DNA of 64,000 nucleotides, taken from positions 4,160,001 through 4,224,000 of the forward strand of contig OY759353.1 in NCBI GenBank assembly GCA_963662315.1, in the 5' to 3' direction. Below, one piece after another: positions 47,279 to 56,351 of this stretch. The stretch's first letter is position 1, and each line of letters begins with the position of its first letter. The notes beneath the pieces were generated by a model. That model had not been told where the DNA came from, ran no database searches, and was given only the letters and a program-made list of their open reading frames with translations. The stretch comes from Geopsychrobacteraceae bacterium (GTDB taxonomy: Bacteria > Desulfobacterota > Desulfuromonadia > Desulfuromonadales > Geopsychrobacteraceae). Made by a program: the position numbers and the translations under genes.

Positions 47279-48734
47279 ATCCATGATAAGTAAAGTCAAG
47301 GGGAAAGCGGAGGTTTCCCTTTACCTCGCGGGCCTACTCCCGGTGGCGACTCTGTTTTTCCTTGTCCTTTGCATCCTTCGATCTTTTTAATCTATTCTTT
47401 TGGTCCGCTAAATCAGCGACCAGACATCCATGTGCTGTCTCCGGGATATCATCCCTTCACAGAAGATTGAGTTTGGGCCAACCCGCCAGCCTTGAAACAC
47501 TCCCAATGTCGTGCAGCGAAGCTCACGTAGTCCCTAGTCCGCAAGGCCCGGCGGGAAGATCGTTTGATGTAAAGAGTATCTGTTTTTCTCCAACTCAGGC
47601 GACCTGAGATTGTCTCTCCTCAAAAGCTGTACCACGTCGATCAACGGCCAACAGATATTCAACCAGCTTGCGTGCAACAGCTAAAGTGGCTCGGTTGCGA
47701 TTGCCTTTGGTCAACTCTTTTTCATGCAATTCCGCCAGTTGAATATTCCATCGTGGGGCTAGCTTAGCGGCTTCAATGAGCATGGTCTGCAGGTGCTTGT
47801 TGCGTTTTTTGGAGAGTGGCCCTCGTTGATCTTTCCCGGCCGATTCCCGTTGTGCACTGCAGAGTCCGCAATAGCTGATGGCTTCCCGACTGGAGGGAAA
47901 GCGGGTTGGATCACCGATCTCCAACACCCAGGTCAAAGCCATAATTTCTCCAACCCCGGCAATGCTCATCAAAAGCTCAACTCTCTGCCGAATCAGTTCA
48001 TTTTCCCGGAGAGTCCGAACCAATTTCTTCTGGATGGCGGTAAACAGCTCTAGATTACTGCGGCTCAGTTGTAACAGCTCTTTGACCGAATCGGGCACAT
48101 CGCCTACCCGCTCCATCAGTTGATTGAAGTATTTGCTCCCATACAACCGTTTTTTGTCGTAGGTCGCGCCGACTTCCATCATTAATCCGGCCATTTTATT
48201 TTTCATTTGCACTGCCGTGCGGACCACCATATTCCGATAACGAAGAATACGCCGTAATTCCCGGAGCTCTTCGGACATCATGGTGCATTCGGGCAGAAGA
48301 TTGACTCGTAGAAGATCCGCCAGCTTTTCAGCATCTGCCCGGTCATTTTTCTTCTTTGCCGCAGTAATCGCCTTGAGCATTTCCGGATGAGCAACCTTCA
48401 GCTCAATCGCGTGTGGTTTGAGAAAATCGTAAATCCAGCCAGTGAACAGTGTCGCTTCCATAGCCCCCATCCAGGGGCCAGGCAAGGCCGATAGCCACGT
48501 CCGAAGAGCCCTGCGCTCAGTTCCAACGATCCCTTGATCAATCATTTTGCCGCTCATGTTCTTGATGCAATAGGCGATGGTTTTCTTGTGGACGTCCAGG
48601 CCAATGTAGTGAATACTTTCCATGGAAGCCTCCTTTTGGGTCTGACTCGGGGCGATGAATTCGACCCCGCCTGTTCATATTATGAACTGTCCGCCATCTG
48701 GAGGCTTCCTCTTTCGTTACTTATGCATTCAAAC
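47279..48734 (-). mobile_element. IS110-family element, copy 3
   Basis: Matches copy 1 (offset 6230). Confidence 0.92.
47595..48623 (-). CDS. IS110-family recombinase
   Basis: Identical protein. Confidence 0.95.
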   Translation of the reverse strand: MESIHYIGLDVHKKTIAYCIKNMSGKMIDQGIVGTERRALRTWLSALPGPWMGAMEATLFTGWIYDFLKPHAIELKVAHPEMLKAITAAKKKNDRADAEKLADLLRVNLLPECTMMSEELRELRRILRYRNMVVRTAVQMKNKMAGLMMEVGATYDKKRLYGSKYFNQLMERVGDVPDSVKELLQLSRSNLELFTAIQKKLVRTLRENELIRQRVELLMSIAGVGEIMALTWVLEIGDPTRFPSSREAISYCGLCSAQRESAGKDQRGPLSKKRNKHLQTMLIEAAKLAPRWNIQLAELHEKELTKGNRNRATLAVARKLVEYLLAVDRRGTAFEERQSQVA

Positions 48735-48787
48735 ACTGCCCCTATTTAACAGTTATCTTAACCCTGCAATGCCGCTACACTCCTCTC

Positions 48788-49606
48788 ATGCCAAGAATCG
48801 CTCGCATAGTTGCACCCGGATACCCTCACCATGTTACCCAGCGTGGCAATAACCGCTCTATTGTCTTTTTCGACGATGAGGACAGGCAGACCTACCTGCA
48901 ATTGCTGGATAAGTACAGCAAAGCATTTCATTTACACCTTTGGGCTTATTGCCTGATGGATAACCATGTTCATCTGTTGGTTGTCCCGGAAAAAGAAAAC
49001 GCGCTTGCTCGTGGTATCGGTTTGACCAATCAGGTCTATACGCAATATCTCAATCGTAAGCTGAATCAGAGTGGTCGTATTTGGCAAAATCGCTTTTTCT
49101 CCTGCATTGTTGAAAACGACGAATACCTTTGGACCGTGGCACGGTACATTGAACGTAATCCGATCAAGGTCGGTCTGGTGGGCTATGCCGAGGATTATCG
49201 TTGGTCCAGCGCAAAAGCCCATTTGACACTGGCTCAAGACGATCTTTTGCAGGAGTCGTACTGGTTGGAAGAAACAGACAGAAACCGATATGCCGAATTC
49301 ATTCTGAACAGCGATGAGGACGCGGAAGCCAAGCTGCGTAGCGCCACCCGCACCGGTCGCCCATTCGGCTCGGAGAACTTTATTGACAGCATGGAATATC
49401 AGTTGAATGCCACATTGAGGCCCCGTAGGCCGGGGAGCGTCCCTAGTTTTTCCAATATCTCCAGTAAGATCAGTGCGACGATAAACTATACCTTCAGGTA
49501 TACTGTCTGGAACAACACAAAGTTACTCCTCCAAAACCACCAATGCCTTATCTATCCATTCAACAACAGACATGCTTTCCGATTCGGGTTTAAAATTACC
49601 ACCTAA
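48788..49606 (+). CDS. REP-associated tyrosine transposase (RAYT, HUH Y1) with read-through C-terminus
   Basis: MPRIAR..PGYPHHVTQRGNNR, AYCLMDNHVHLL (HUH), RYIERNP, YRWSS; a 19-bp deletion near 49437 removes the native stop. Confidence 0.9.
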   Translation: MPRIARIVAPGYPHHVTQRGNNRSIVFFDDEDRQTYLQLLDKYSKAFHLHLWAYCLMDNHVHLLVVPEKENALARGIGLTNQVYTQYLNRKLNQSGRIWQNRFFSCIVENDEYLWTVARYIERNPIKVGLVGYAEDYRWSSAKAHLTLAQDDLLQESYWLEETDRNRYAEFILNSDEDAEAKLRSATRTGRPFGSENFIDSMEYQLNATLRPRRPGSVPSFSNISSKISATINYTFRYTVWNNTKLLLQNHQCLIYPFNNRHAFRFGFKITT

Positions 49607-49795
49607 CTTATTGAATGTCTCTTGAGGCAAATCGCCTTTATTTAGAAGTTCCTTTAGACCATAAACCAACAGAACAATAGACTCAGTTGGTTCAGTATTT
49701 TTGAAATCTTCTACAGCGGCTAGCGATGACTCATAATCATCGCGCCAATCCTGATGGAAATATGAATCAAAGAAGTATTCAAATATTTCGCTCAC
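49523..49795 (-). CDS. CdiI-like immunity protein for the RNase A-like toxin
   Basis: F.YFFDSYFHQDW motif; directly follows toxin 2. Confidence 0.8.
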   Translation of the reverse strand: MSEIFEYFFDSYFHQDWRDDYESSLAAVEDFKNTEPTESIVLLVYGLKELLNKGDLPQETFNKLGGNFKPESESMSVVEWIDKALVVLEE

Positions 49796-49804
49796 TATTA
49801 ACTC

Positions 49805-50935
49805 CTAATCATTTGGCTTGGGGAACGACGTGTGAACACGGTAACCATTTGGAGCTAAAGGATCTTTCACCAAAAGCACAAATGATTTATTGGATGCCTG
49901 GGATACAGTAGCGCCTTGAGGAATAACCCTGCCGACCTCGTAATCAAGTGTTTCATTAAGAGTGAGCCTGGGCTTTGGACTGTTTACTAGCCAATCTTGA
50001 ACGCTATCGCGATTCCTCGATAACACATCTCCAACTGCTCTCTGAGCTGTCTCTAAATCTGGGTATGTTGATGAACCTAAAATATCGGGCTCAGCATCTA
50101 ACCGTTGCAATAACTGTTCATCGGTTTTTCCAACATGTCGCCTAATGGTATGTCCATCCAGATTTTCATGGAAAATTAGTGTTCCACCACTTTCACTCTC
50201 TATCAAAGGTGTTTTGTCTGGAACCACTCTCTCACCAGCAGACGATACTACAGTCCCTCTCGAAAGTCCAAGCCCAGATCTCAAACCACCAGCGGTCAAC
50301 GCTGTGCCAACAACGTCATTTGTCTCAGCAGGCGTCTGAGAAAGTCGCATGCTGTAGGTACTTGCAAAGTCAGTTTGCTTAAAAGCAGTAGCCTCTTGCA
50401 ATACGTGATCGCCTCTTTCGGCCTCCTCAGGCCTTGCCATCACCTGCTTCTGGCCCAAAAAATTGCGTCTGCCGCCTTCGACACTGTTCTCAAAACCTTG
50501 GTTGACCACCGCTTTGGCTGTGCTGCTTTGCAAAGAGGCCTGCTGGCTGTGGGTTTGTGGGACCATGCTTTTACTGTAAGCAGATGAGACTATTCCCTGC
50601 AGGTTTTCATATTGGTTTATTCCTGACAGGCTGGCGACCCAGCGGCCTTTTTGGGGATTGTTCGGGTAGTCAGGGTCCTGCTGCCAGTAGACAACCCCCA
50701 GGAAAGGTCGCTTGGAAGAGTAGACGAGGCAGACTTCCATCTTATCAATTTTTTTTAGCAGCTCATCAAGCCCCTGTTGATAATGGCGCCACTGGACAGA
50801 AACGAATTCGTTTAGATTATGAATGCTGGTAAAACCGTCACAATAGGCGTCACGGACATCGTTTTTAGCGAAAAACGGATTGGAAATATACGGAAGGTCA
50901 GCAACCGTAATATCTCTGGCAGCAACAAGTCTCAT
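49805..50935 (-). CDS. Polymorphic toxin 2: shared N-terminal domain plus CdiA-CT RNase A-like tip
   Basis: HE..DGHTIRRHVGKTDEQL..RL...SSTY.D...A...YRVHTSFP. Confidence 0.85.
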   Translation of the reverse strand: MRLVAARDITVADLPYISNPFFAKNDVRDAYCDGFTSIHNLNEFVSVQWRHYQQGLDELLKKIDKMEVCLVYSSKRPFLGVVYWQQDPDYPNNPQKGRWVASLSGINQYENLQGIVSSAYSKSMVPQTHSQQASLQSSTAKAVVNQGFENSVEGGRRNFLGQKQVMARPEEAERGDHVLQEATAFKQTDFASTYSMRLSQTPAETNDVVGTALTAGGLRSGLGLSRGTVVSSAGERVVPDKTPLIESESGGTLIFHENLDGHTIRRHVGKTDEQLLQRLDAEPDILGSSTYPDLETAQRAVGDVLSRNRDSVQDWLVNSPKPRLTLNETLDYEVGRVIPQGATVSQASNKSFVLLVKDPLAPNGYRVHTSFPKPND

Positions 50936-51112
50936 CGGTATCCCCCCTCAAGGATAAAATAAGTTGCTATAAGAAATAACTACCTGGAAAGTTTTAATGA
51001 GAGGAGAGGATAGCGTTTTTTTAGATTGAGTCAAGATATTTAGCAGGAGTTTTAAGGGCGGTCTTCTTGGCTCGGTATGAAATTGTGGAATCCATCTGCT
51101 GAAAATTACTTC

Positions 51113-51290
51113 AAAACCGCCGGGTCCCGGCCCGGCAGCCGGATTCATTTTTTTTCAGCGATGAAAAAACGAATCAAAAAAATCTTTGAAGGTCAAACAC
51201 ACTGACGAGAATAGATTCGATCTACGCTTTACCGTTGCAATCAGCAGTGAACAGACCGCCAACGATGCTGTCGCATCCATGGGCAGAATC
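51113..51290 (+). repeat. Structured-repeat copy upstream of toxin 2
   Basis: Matches 57620-57800 through CGATGCTGTCGCATCCATGGGCAGAATCG. Confidence 0.85.
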
Positions 51291-51509
51291 GAGTTTCTGG
51301 CCAGCAATCACTGCTGCCTTACAATTAGTTCAATAAAATAAAAGACTTGGAACCTGTCCGTGTTACAATGATTTCGCCAAAAACCAATTGAAAAAAACAG
51401 TGGGTTACGAGTCCTGCGCATTGTGGCGCTGTTCTTTCGGGTTGGCTGGAAAAACATCTCAGCCTATGAGCCTGACACAAAATTCTGAACATCCTCTCGA
51501 ATTTAAGAT

Positions 51510-51983
51510 TCACATAACAATATCTTGATAACCAACCTTGAAAACTTTTTCGTCAAGAAGATACACGCCTATCCCATTTTCATCGTCCCAAGTACAGTCA
51601 AATGTCAAACCAATTTCCCTGCCTTCATAAGTACCGGAATAAGGGACTATGAGACCAACGATAGATACTTTATCTACTAAATCTTCCTTTCTTTCTATTA
51701 ATGGATAATTTTCGTTATCTTCAACATCATATCCAAGCTGATGTCTTTCCTTCCTATAATAATCGAATACAAATTCTAATATTTCACCATCTAAATTTGA
51801 TAATTTTTCCATTATTGATGTATAGGCTTCATATTGCTCCTTCTCAAATATTCCTTCATCATCTCCGCTAATCATAAGACTTATTGTGTTTTTCTTGTCA
51901 AAAAAAAGGACATCTATATTTCTAAACCAAATATAATCATATTCCAATGCGCCAAAAACAGGATCATTAATCATCGTTAACAC
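51510..51983 (-). CDS. Immunity protein for toxin 3 (DUF6985/DUF2004-like)
   Basis: DPVFG.LEY...GLTFDCTWDDENGIGV...VGYQD; paralog at 56352-56816. Confidence 0.78.
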   Translation of the reverse strand: MLTMINDPVFGALEYDYIWFRNIDVLFFDKKNTISLMISGDDEGIFEKEQYEAYTSIMEKLSNLDGEILEFVFDYYRKERHQLGYDVEDNENYPLIERKEDLVDKVSIVGLIVPYSGTYEGREIGLTFDCTWDDENGIGVYLLDEKVFKVGYQDIVM

Positions 51984-51994
51984 TTCCTTTTTCG

Positions 51995-53098
51995 TTAAAT
52001 AGCAAATCCACCTGGTTCGAAAGCACCAGCATTAACTTCACCAACACCACCTAAATGACGAAATGTGCTATTAATTTTAGTTGGGACTAATTGAATAGTT
52101 TTGCAATCATTTAATTCATGCCATGTAAGGTTGTTTTTCTTTCTATACTTCTGCAGATCTTTCAATGTAACACTGCCTGACTCAAACCCCATTTTACCCG
52201 CTAAAGCTGGTGACTCATTCAGCTTATTTACCAGTTTTTCATCGGCCTGGCTAAAATTAATATTTCTTGCTTTTGTACCTATACTTCCTTTTCCTCCAAC
52301 CATATAGTCAATTTCAAATTCAACCAGAGAGACTGTAGAAAAATCAGGAACACCATTTTTATATTCTATGCCAGAAACATCCACATCATCCAAGATTTTA
52401 TTAATATCTGGATCGGGTGGTGGCTTAAGCGCACACAGAGACTCTCCCCTAACGCCTTCAAAACAAACAACAACATTATCTATCGCTGGTGTTTTACTTA
52501 TACGTTCTTCATAGGAGCTGGCGAACTCTGTTTGCCTAAATGCTGCAGGAAGCTTGCCTGTTTCTCCCCCTAACGTAAGACTTTCCTTCTCAGGCTTGGT
52601 CATCACTTGTTTCTTAGGCAAGGACTTGCAGGTGTCGCCTTCGACACTGTTCTCAAACCCTTGGTTGACCACCGCTTTGGCTGTGCTGCTTTGCAAAGAG
52701 GCCTGCTGGCTGTGGGTTTGCGGTACCATGATTTTACTGTAAGCAGATGAGACTATTCCCTGCAGGTTTGCATATTGGTTTATTCCTGATAGGCTGGCGA
52801 CCCAGCGGCCTTTTTGAGAATTGTTCGGGTAGTCAGGGTCCTGCTGCCAGTAGACGACCCCCAAGAAGGGGAGCTTCATAGAGTAGACGAGGCAGACTTC
52901 CATCTTGTCAATTTTTTTTAGCAGCTCATCAAGCCCCTGTTGATAATGGCGCCACTGGACAGGAACGAATTCGTTTAGATTATGAATGCTGGTAAAACCG
53001 CCACAATAGGCGTCACGGACATCGTTTTTAGCGAAAAAAGGATTGGAAATATACGGCAGGTCAGCAACCGTAATATCTCTGGCAGCAACAAGTCTCAT
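51995..53098 (-). CDS. Polymorphic toxin 3: shared N-terminal domain plus HNH/EndoVII (WHH-like) nuclease tip
   Basis: GIEYKNGVPDFS...R..NFSQAD...LTWHE..D..TIQLVP..IN..FRHLGG. Confidence 0.85.
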   Translation of the reverse strand: MRLVAARDITVADLPYISNPFFAKNDVRDAYCGGFTSIHNLNEFVPVQWRHYQQGLDELLKKIDKMEVCLVYSMKLPFLGVVYWQQDPDYPNNSQKGRWVASLSGINQYANLQGIVSSAYSKIMVPQTHSQQASLQSSTAKAVVNQGFENSVEGDTCKSLPKKQVMTKPEKESLTLGGETGKLPAAFRQTEFASSYEERISKTPAIDNVVVCFEGVRGESLCALKPPPDPDINKILDDVDVSGIEYKNGVPDFSTVSLVEFEIDYMVGGKGSIGTKARNINFSQADEKLVNKLNESPALAGKMGFESGSVTLKDLQKYRKKNNLTWHELNDCKTIQLVPTKINSTFRHLGGVGEVNAGAFEPGGFAI

Positions 53099-53276
53099 CG
53101 GTATCCCCCCTCAAGGATAAAATAAGTTGCTATAAGAAATAACTATCTGGAAAGTTTTAATGAGAGGAGAGGATAGCGTTTTTTTAGATTGAGTCAAGAT
53201 ATTAAGTAGAAGTTTTAAGGGCGGTCTTTTCAACTCGGGATCAATTTTCAGAAGTTATCTTAGATAAAATCACATC

Positions 53277-53350
53277 AAAACCGCCGGGTCCCGGCCCGGC
53301 AGCCGGATTCATTTTTTTCAGCGATGAAAAAACGAATCAAAAAAATCTTT
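53277..53350 (+). repeat. Partial structured-repeat copy upstream of toxin 3
   Basis: Same motif as 46851-46926. Confidence 0.85.
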
Positions 53351-53353
53351 TTG

Positions 53354-54664
53354 GGTACGGTGTATAGACATAGGTAACACTTTAGTACAGGGACATAGGT
53401 AACAGATCTATACTAAAGGGCATCTCACAAAGGAGGTGCCTATGCCCTGGTTAGAGGTGAATCCTATGGATCAAAAGGTTCTCTTTATAGCCGACTTTCT
53501 GAGAGAAAGTCGTTCATTTACTGATCTTTGCATTCAGTATGGTATTAGTCGTAAAACAGGCTACAAATGGCTTACTCGCTATCAACAGTCTGGAGTCGAT
53601 GGTCTTTTAGAGCATAGCCGAAAACCAAGATCCTCGCCGCAACAGACCCCATACCCAATCAGACAGGCCATTCTCAAGTTGCGCCAATGTGGCGACCTCA
53701 TTCTCGGACCTAAAAAGATACAAAAGCTTTTGTTGCAACAATATCCGAATGAATCTATTCCATCAAAAACAACCATCTACAAGATTCTTTACGATGCAGG
53801 AATGGTCGAAAAACGGCATCGAAAACAAAGAGTCTCACCGTTTCCGCAGCCGTTTGCACCGGTCGAATCCGTGAACGATCTTTGGTCTGCAGATTTCAAG
53901 GGGCAATTTAAAATGAGATCTGGAGCCTATTGCTACCCGCTGACGATTATGGATCATAAAAGTCGATTTTTACTGTGTTGCCAAGGTTTTGAAGGTCCAC
54001 GCTTCGAAGAGACCAAGTGTGCTTTTGAAAAAATATTCCGAGACTATGGGCTTCCACGACGTATCCAGACAGACAATGGGGTCCCTTTTGCAAGTCGAGC
54101 AGCAGCAGGCTTATCTCGATTGTCGGCTTGGTGGGTCTCTTTAGGTATTCTTCCTGAGCGCATAGAGCCTGGTAAACCTCAGCAAAATGGTCGACACGAA
54201 CGTATGCATCGAACTCTTAAGCAAGCTGTAACAAAGCCACCTGAAAGAGGGTTTAGGGCCCAGCAAAAACGCTTCGATCAATTTATAACTGATTATAATC
54301 AGAACCGGCCGCATGAAGCCTTGCAACAACAAACGCCAGCATCAGTATATAAGGCTTCTGAACGAATATACCGAGAAGATCCTCACGAGTTTATCTATCC
54401 CGATTATTATGAACAGCTGTCAGTCCAACATCCCGGAATTGTTTATTTTCGAAATCATACGATTTACATATCGAATGTTCTTATAAATTACTGTGTTGGT
54501 CTGAATGAAGTGGAGCAAGGGATTTTTGACGTTTACTTTGGACCTATTTATCTAGGTCGTTTTGATGAGCGTAATGCTGTCAAAAAAAGTACCTCATATC
54601 TCTCGCTTAAAAGTGTTACCCATGTCTATTGACTAATCTGTTACCTATGTACTTGATCCGTACA
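53354..54664 (+). mobile_element. IS481-like insertion sequence
   Basis: Terminal IRs (G)GTACGG...ACATAGGTAACA / TGTTACCTATGT...CCGTACA; TTTG(G) duplicated; empty site visible at 46921-46940. Confidence 0.85.
53442..54632 (+). CDS. IS481-family DDE transposase
   Basis: MPW.E, GISRKTGYKW, WSADFKG, TDNGVPF, PQQNGRHERMH, YNQNRPHEAL. Confidence 0.9.
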   Translation: MPWLEVNPMDQKVLFIADFLRESRSFTDLCIQYGISRKTGYKWLTRYQQSGVDGLLEHSRKPRSSPQQTPYPIRQAILKLRQCGDLILGPKKIQKLLLQQYPNESIPSKTTIYKILYDAGMVEKRHRKQRVSPFPQPFAPVESVNDLWSADFKGQFKMRSGAYCYPLTIMDHKSRFLLCCQGFEGPRFEETKCAFEKIFRDYGLPRRIQTDNGVPFASRAAAGLSRLSAWWVSLGILPERIEPGKPQQNGRHERMHRTLKQAVTKPPERGFRAQQKRFDQFITDYNQNRPHEALQQQTPASVYKASERIYREDPHEFIYPDYYEQLSVQHPGIVYFRNHTIYISNVLINYCVGLNEVEQGIFDVYFGPIYLGRFDERNAVKKSTSYLSLKSVTHVY

Positions 54665-54775
54665 TTTGGAACCACTGACGAAAGCCGGAATTGCATATGC
54701 TTTGTTCGTAATCACGGTGGAAACACAGGCACCCCACGATGCTGCACATCTAATGGGCAAGGGGCCGGCGCCATT

Positions 54776-54823
54776 CGGGACACAATACCAATTTTAGGAA
54801 ATAAGTCTTATGTCCCCGGAATT
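54776..54823. repeat. Palindromic element GGGACA...TATGTCCCCGGAATT (also 47021-47068 and 56169-56223)
   Basis: Three related copies share ATACCAATTT and ...CCGGAATT. Confidence 0.7.
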
Positions 54824-54834
54824 AACCTGATCTT

Positions 54835-55647
54835 TCAAGCCTCCTCTTTGACTTTTTTGAAGAATTGATCGCGAAATTCAGCTGGTGATACACCATACAT
54901 TCTTTTAAATTGCCTATAAAAGTTGGGTAAACTTGAAAAACCGCTCTGAAATGCTGCCTCGGCAATACCTACACCTGTTGAGGAAAGAATTATTCCGGCT
55001 TTTTGGAGGCGTCGGATATTGATATATTCAACAATGCTTGTATTCGTATAACTTCTAAATTCGCGTGTAAGCAAGCTTCGAGACAATCCGAACCGCAACG
55101 CTATCTCGTTTAAGTCTCCTGGGTCCTCTGGCTCTCTGTCCAGCCACTCACATATTTTTCTTATTGTATTCAGATGATTAGATCCTGAAGCCATTTCAGG
55201 GTCTCGTTTGTTTCCCATGCATGAAGCTAAGAGCAAACCAATGACTGCCCATGCAATGTGCACCTCACCGGGATCTTGATCTCCAAGACCATCTGGAATC
55301 ATCTCGACTAACTCCCATGGCAGAGATGTTTGTTCAGGAAAGTCAGTAAACGAGTATCCACGTTTATCCAAATTATACAGGAACGATGATTGAGCTGCTG
55401 ACAAATGGGTCGCTATATCCGTAGGTGTAAAGCAGACAAATTTAAAATCTGCCGTTTCATTCTTTCGAAAAACAAACCTGTGGCGTGCTTTTGACGCAAT
55501 CAGGATAGCCCGCCGGCTTACCAACTCAATATTTTCTTGATCGAGAATCAACAGTCCCGAGCCGGAACGACAGAGAATAAGTTCAAAAACGTCGTGAGAA
55601 TGCCATTCGGAAGATTCCGAGAGGGTCGTGGTTACGCTCCAAAACAT
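54835..55647 (-). CDS. AraC-family regulator (cupin plus HTH)
   Basis: WHSHDVFEL cupin; AAFQSGFSSLPNFYRQFKRMYGVSP. Confidence 0.92.
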   Translation of the reverse strand: MFWSVTTTLSESSEWHSHDVFELILCRSGSGLLILDQENIELVSRRAILIASKARHRFVFRKNETADFKFVCFTPTDIATHLSAAQSSFLYNLDKRGYSFTDFPEQTSLPWELVEMIPDGLGDQDPGEVHIAWAVIGLLLASCMGNKRDPEMASGSNHLNTIRKICEWLDREPEDPGDLNEIALRFGLSRSLLTREFRSYTNTSIVEYINIRRLQKAGIILSSTGVGIAEAAFQSGFSSLPNFYRQFKRMYGVSPAEFRDQFFKKVKEEA

Positions 55648-55790
55648 TTTATATCCAATTGATTATGTTTAATGTCCGATACGATAAGATAAAAGCTATG
55701 AAGCCTTGTATCATGCTTTTCACCGTAGCATGAGTTGCCCCGTATGGCAATACATGCAGAGAATGACAATATCGTTGAATATGATGGAGG

Positions 55791-56156
55791 ATGAAAATGG
55801 TTGATGAAAGTGTGATTGATGCTTTTCGGATGATGTGGGGACAATTTCCGGAAGGAGTGATGCTGATTGACAAAAAACGAAATATTCTTGCTGTGAATGC
55901 TGCTTGTGCATCACTCGGTTTTGCAGAAGGTATGATCTGCTCTAAAATGGGTTCGCCAGAATCCCATAAAGGTTGCCTTGCAAATAATGCGCTTGCTGAG
56001 CAGAAAGAAAAATTTAGAAAAATCAGCATGAACGAAAAAGAATTTATCAGTTTTTGGGTCCCTGTTGCTGGGCAAGATAATATTTTCCTTCATTTCACTG
56101 TTGGTATGATGGTTGACTACGGAGTCTGTGAAGAGATGATCGGGAACGAGTTTTGA
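55791..56156 (+). CDS. Small PAS-like Cys-containing hypothetical protein
   Basis: FPEGVMLIDKKRNILAVN.A; divergent from araC; GGAGG RBS (start may be 55797). Confidence 0.7.
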   Translation: MKMVDESVIDAFRMMWGQFPEGVMLIDKKRNILAVNAACASLGFAEGMICSKMGSPESHKGCLANNALAEQKEKFRKISMNEKEFISFWVPVAGQDNIFLHFTVGMMVDYGVCEEMIGNEF

Positions 56157-56351
56157 TCTTTGGGAGTGAATTCCGGAGACATAATACCAATTTCAGAAAA
56201 TGAAGTGTTATATCTCCGGAATTATGTAAAAAGGGAAAACTGATTGTAAAAAAACAGGCGACATCTTTGTTGACATTAACCGGCCCATGGCTATTTAGGG
56301 CTGAGGATTCGACCGGAATTATGCCCCGGAAACTTTCAGGAATTAGCCGAT

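Noticed and set aside
51325..51513. 62-aa ORF after immunity 3
   Set aside because: No recognisable features; cannot be distinguished from chance
45504..53098. Assigning the toxins to T6SS, CDI or Rhs
   Set aside because: No diagnostic delivery domain or secretion gene visible; the tip families are shared among many systems
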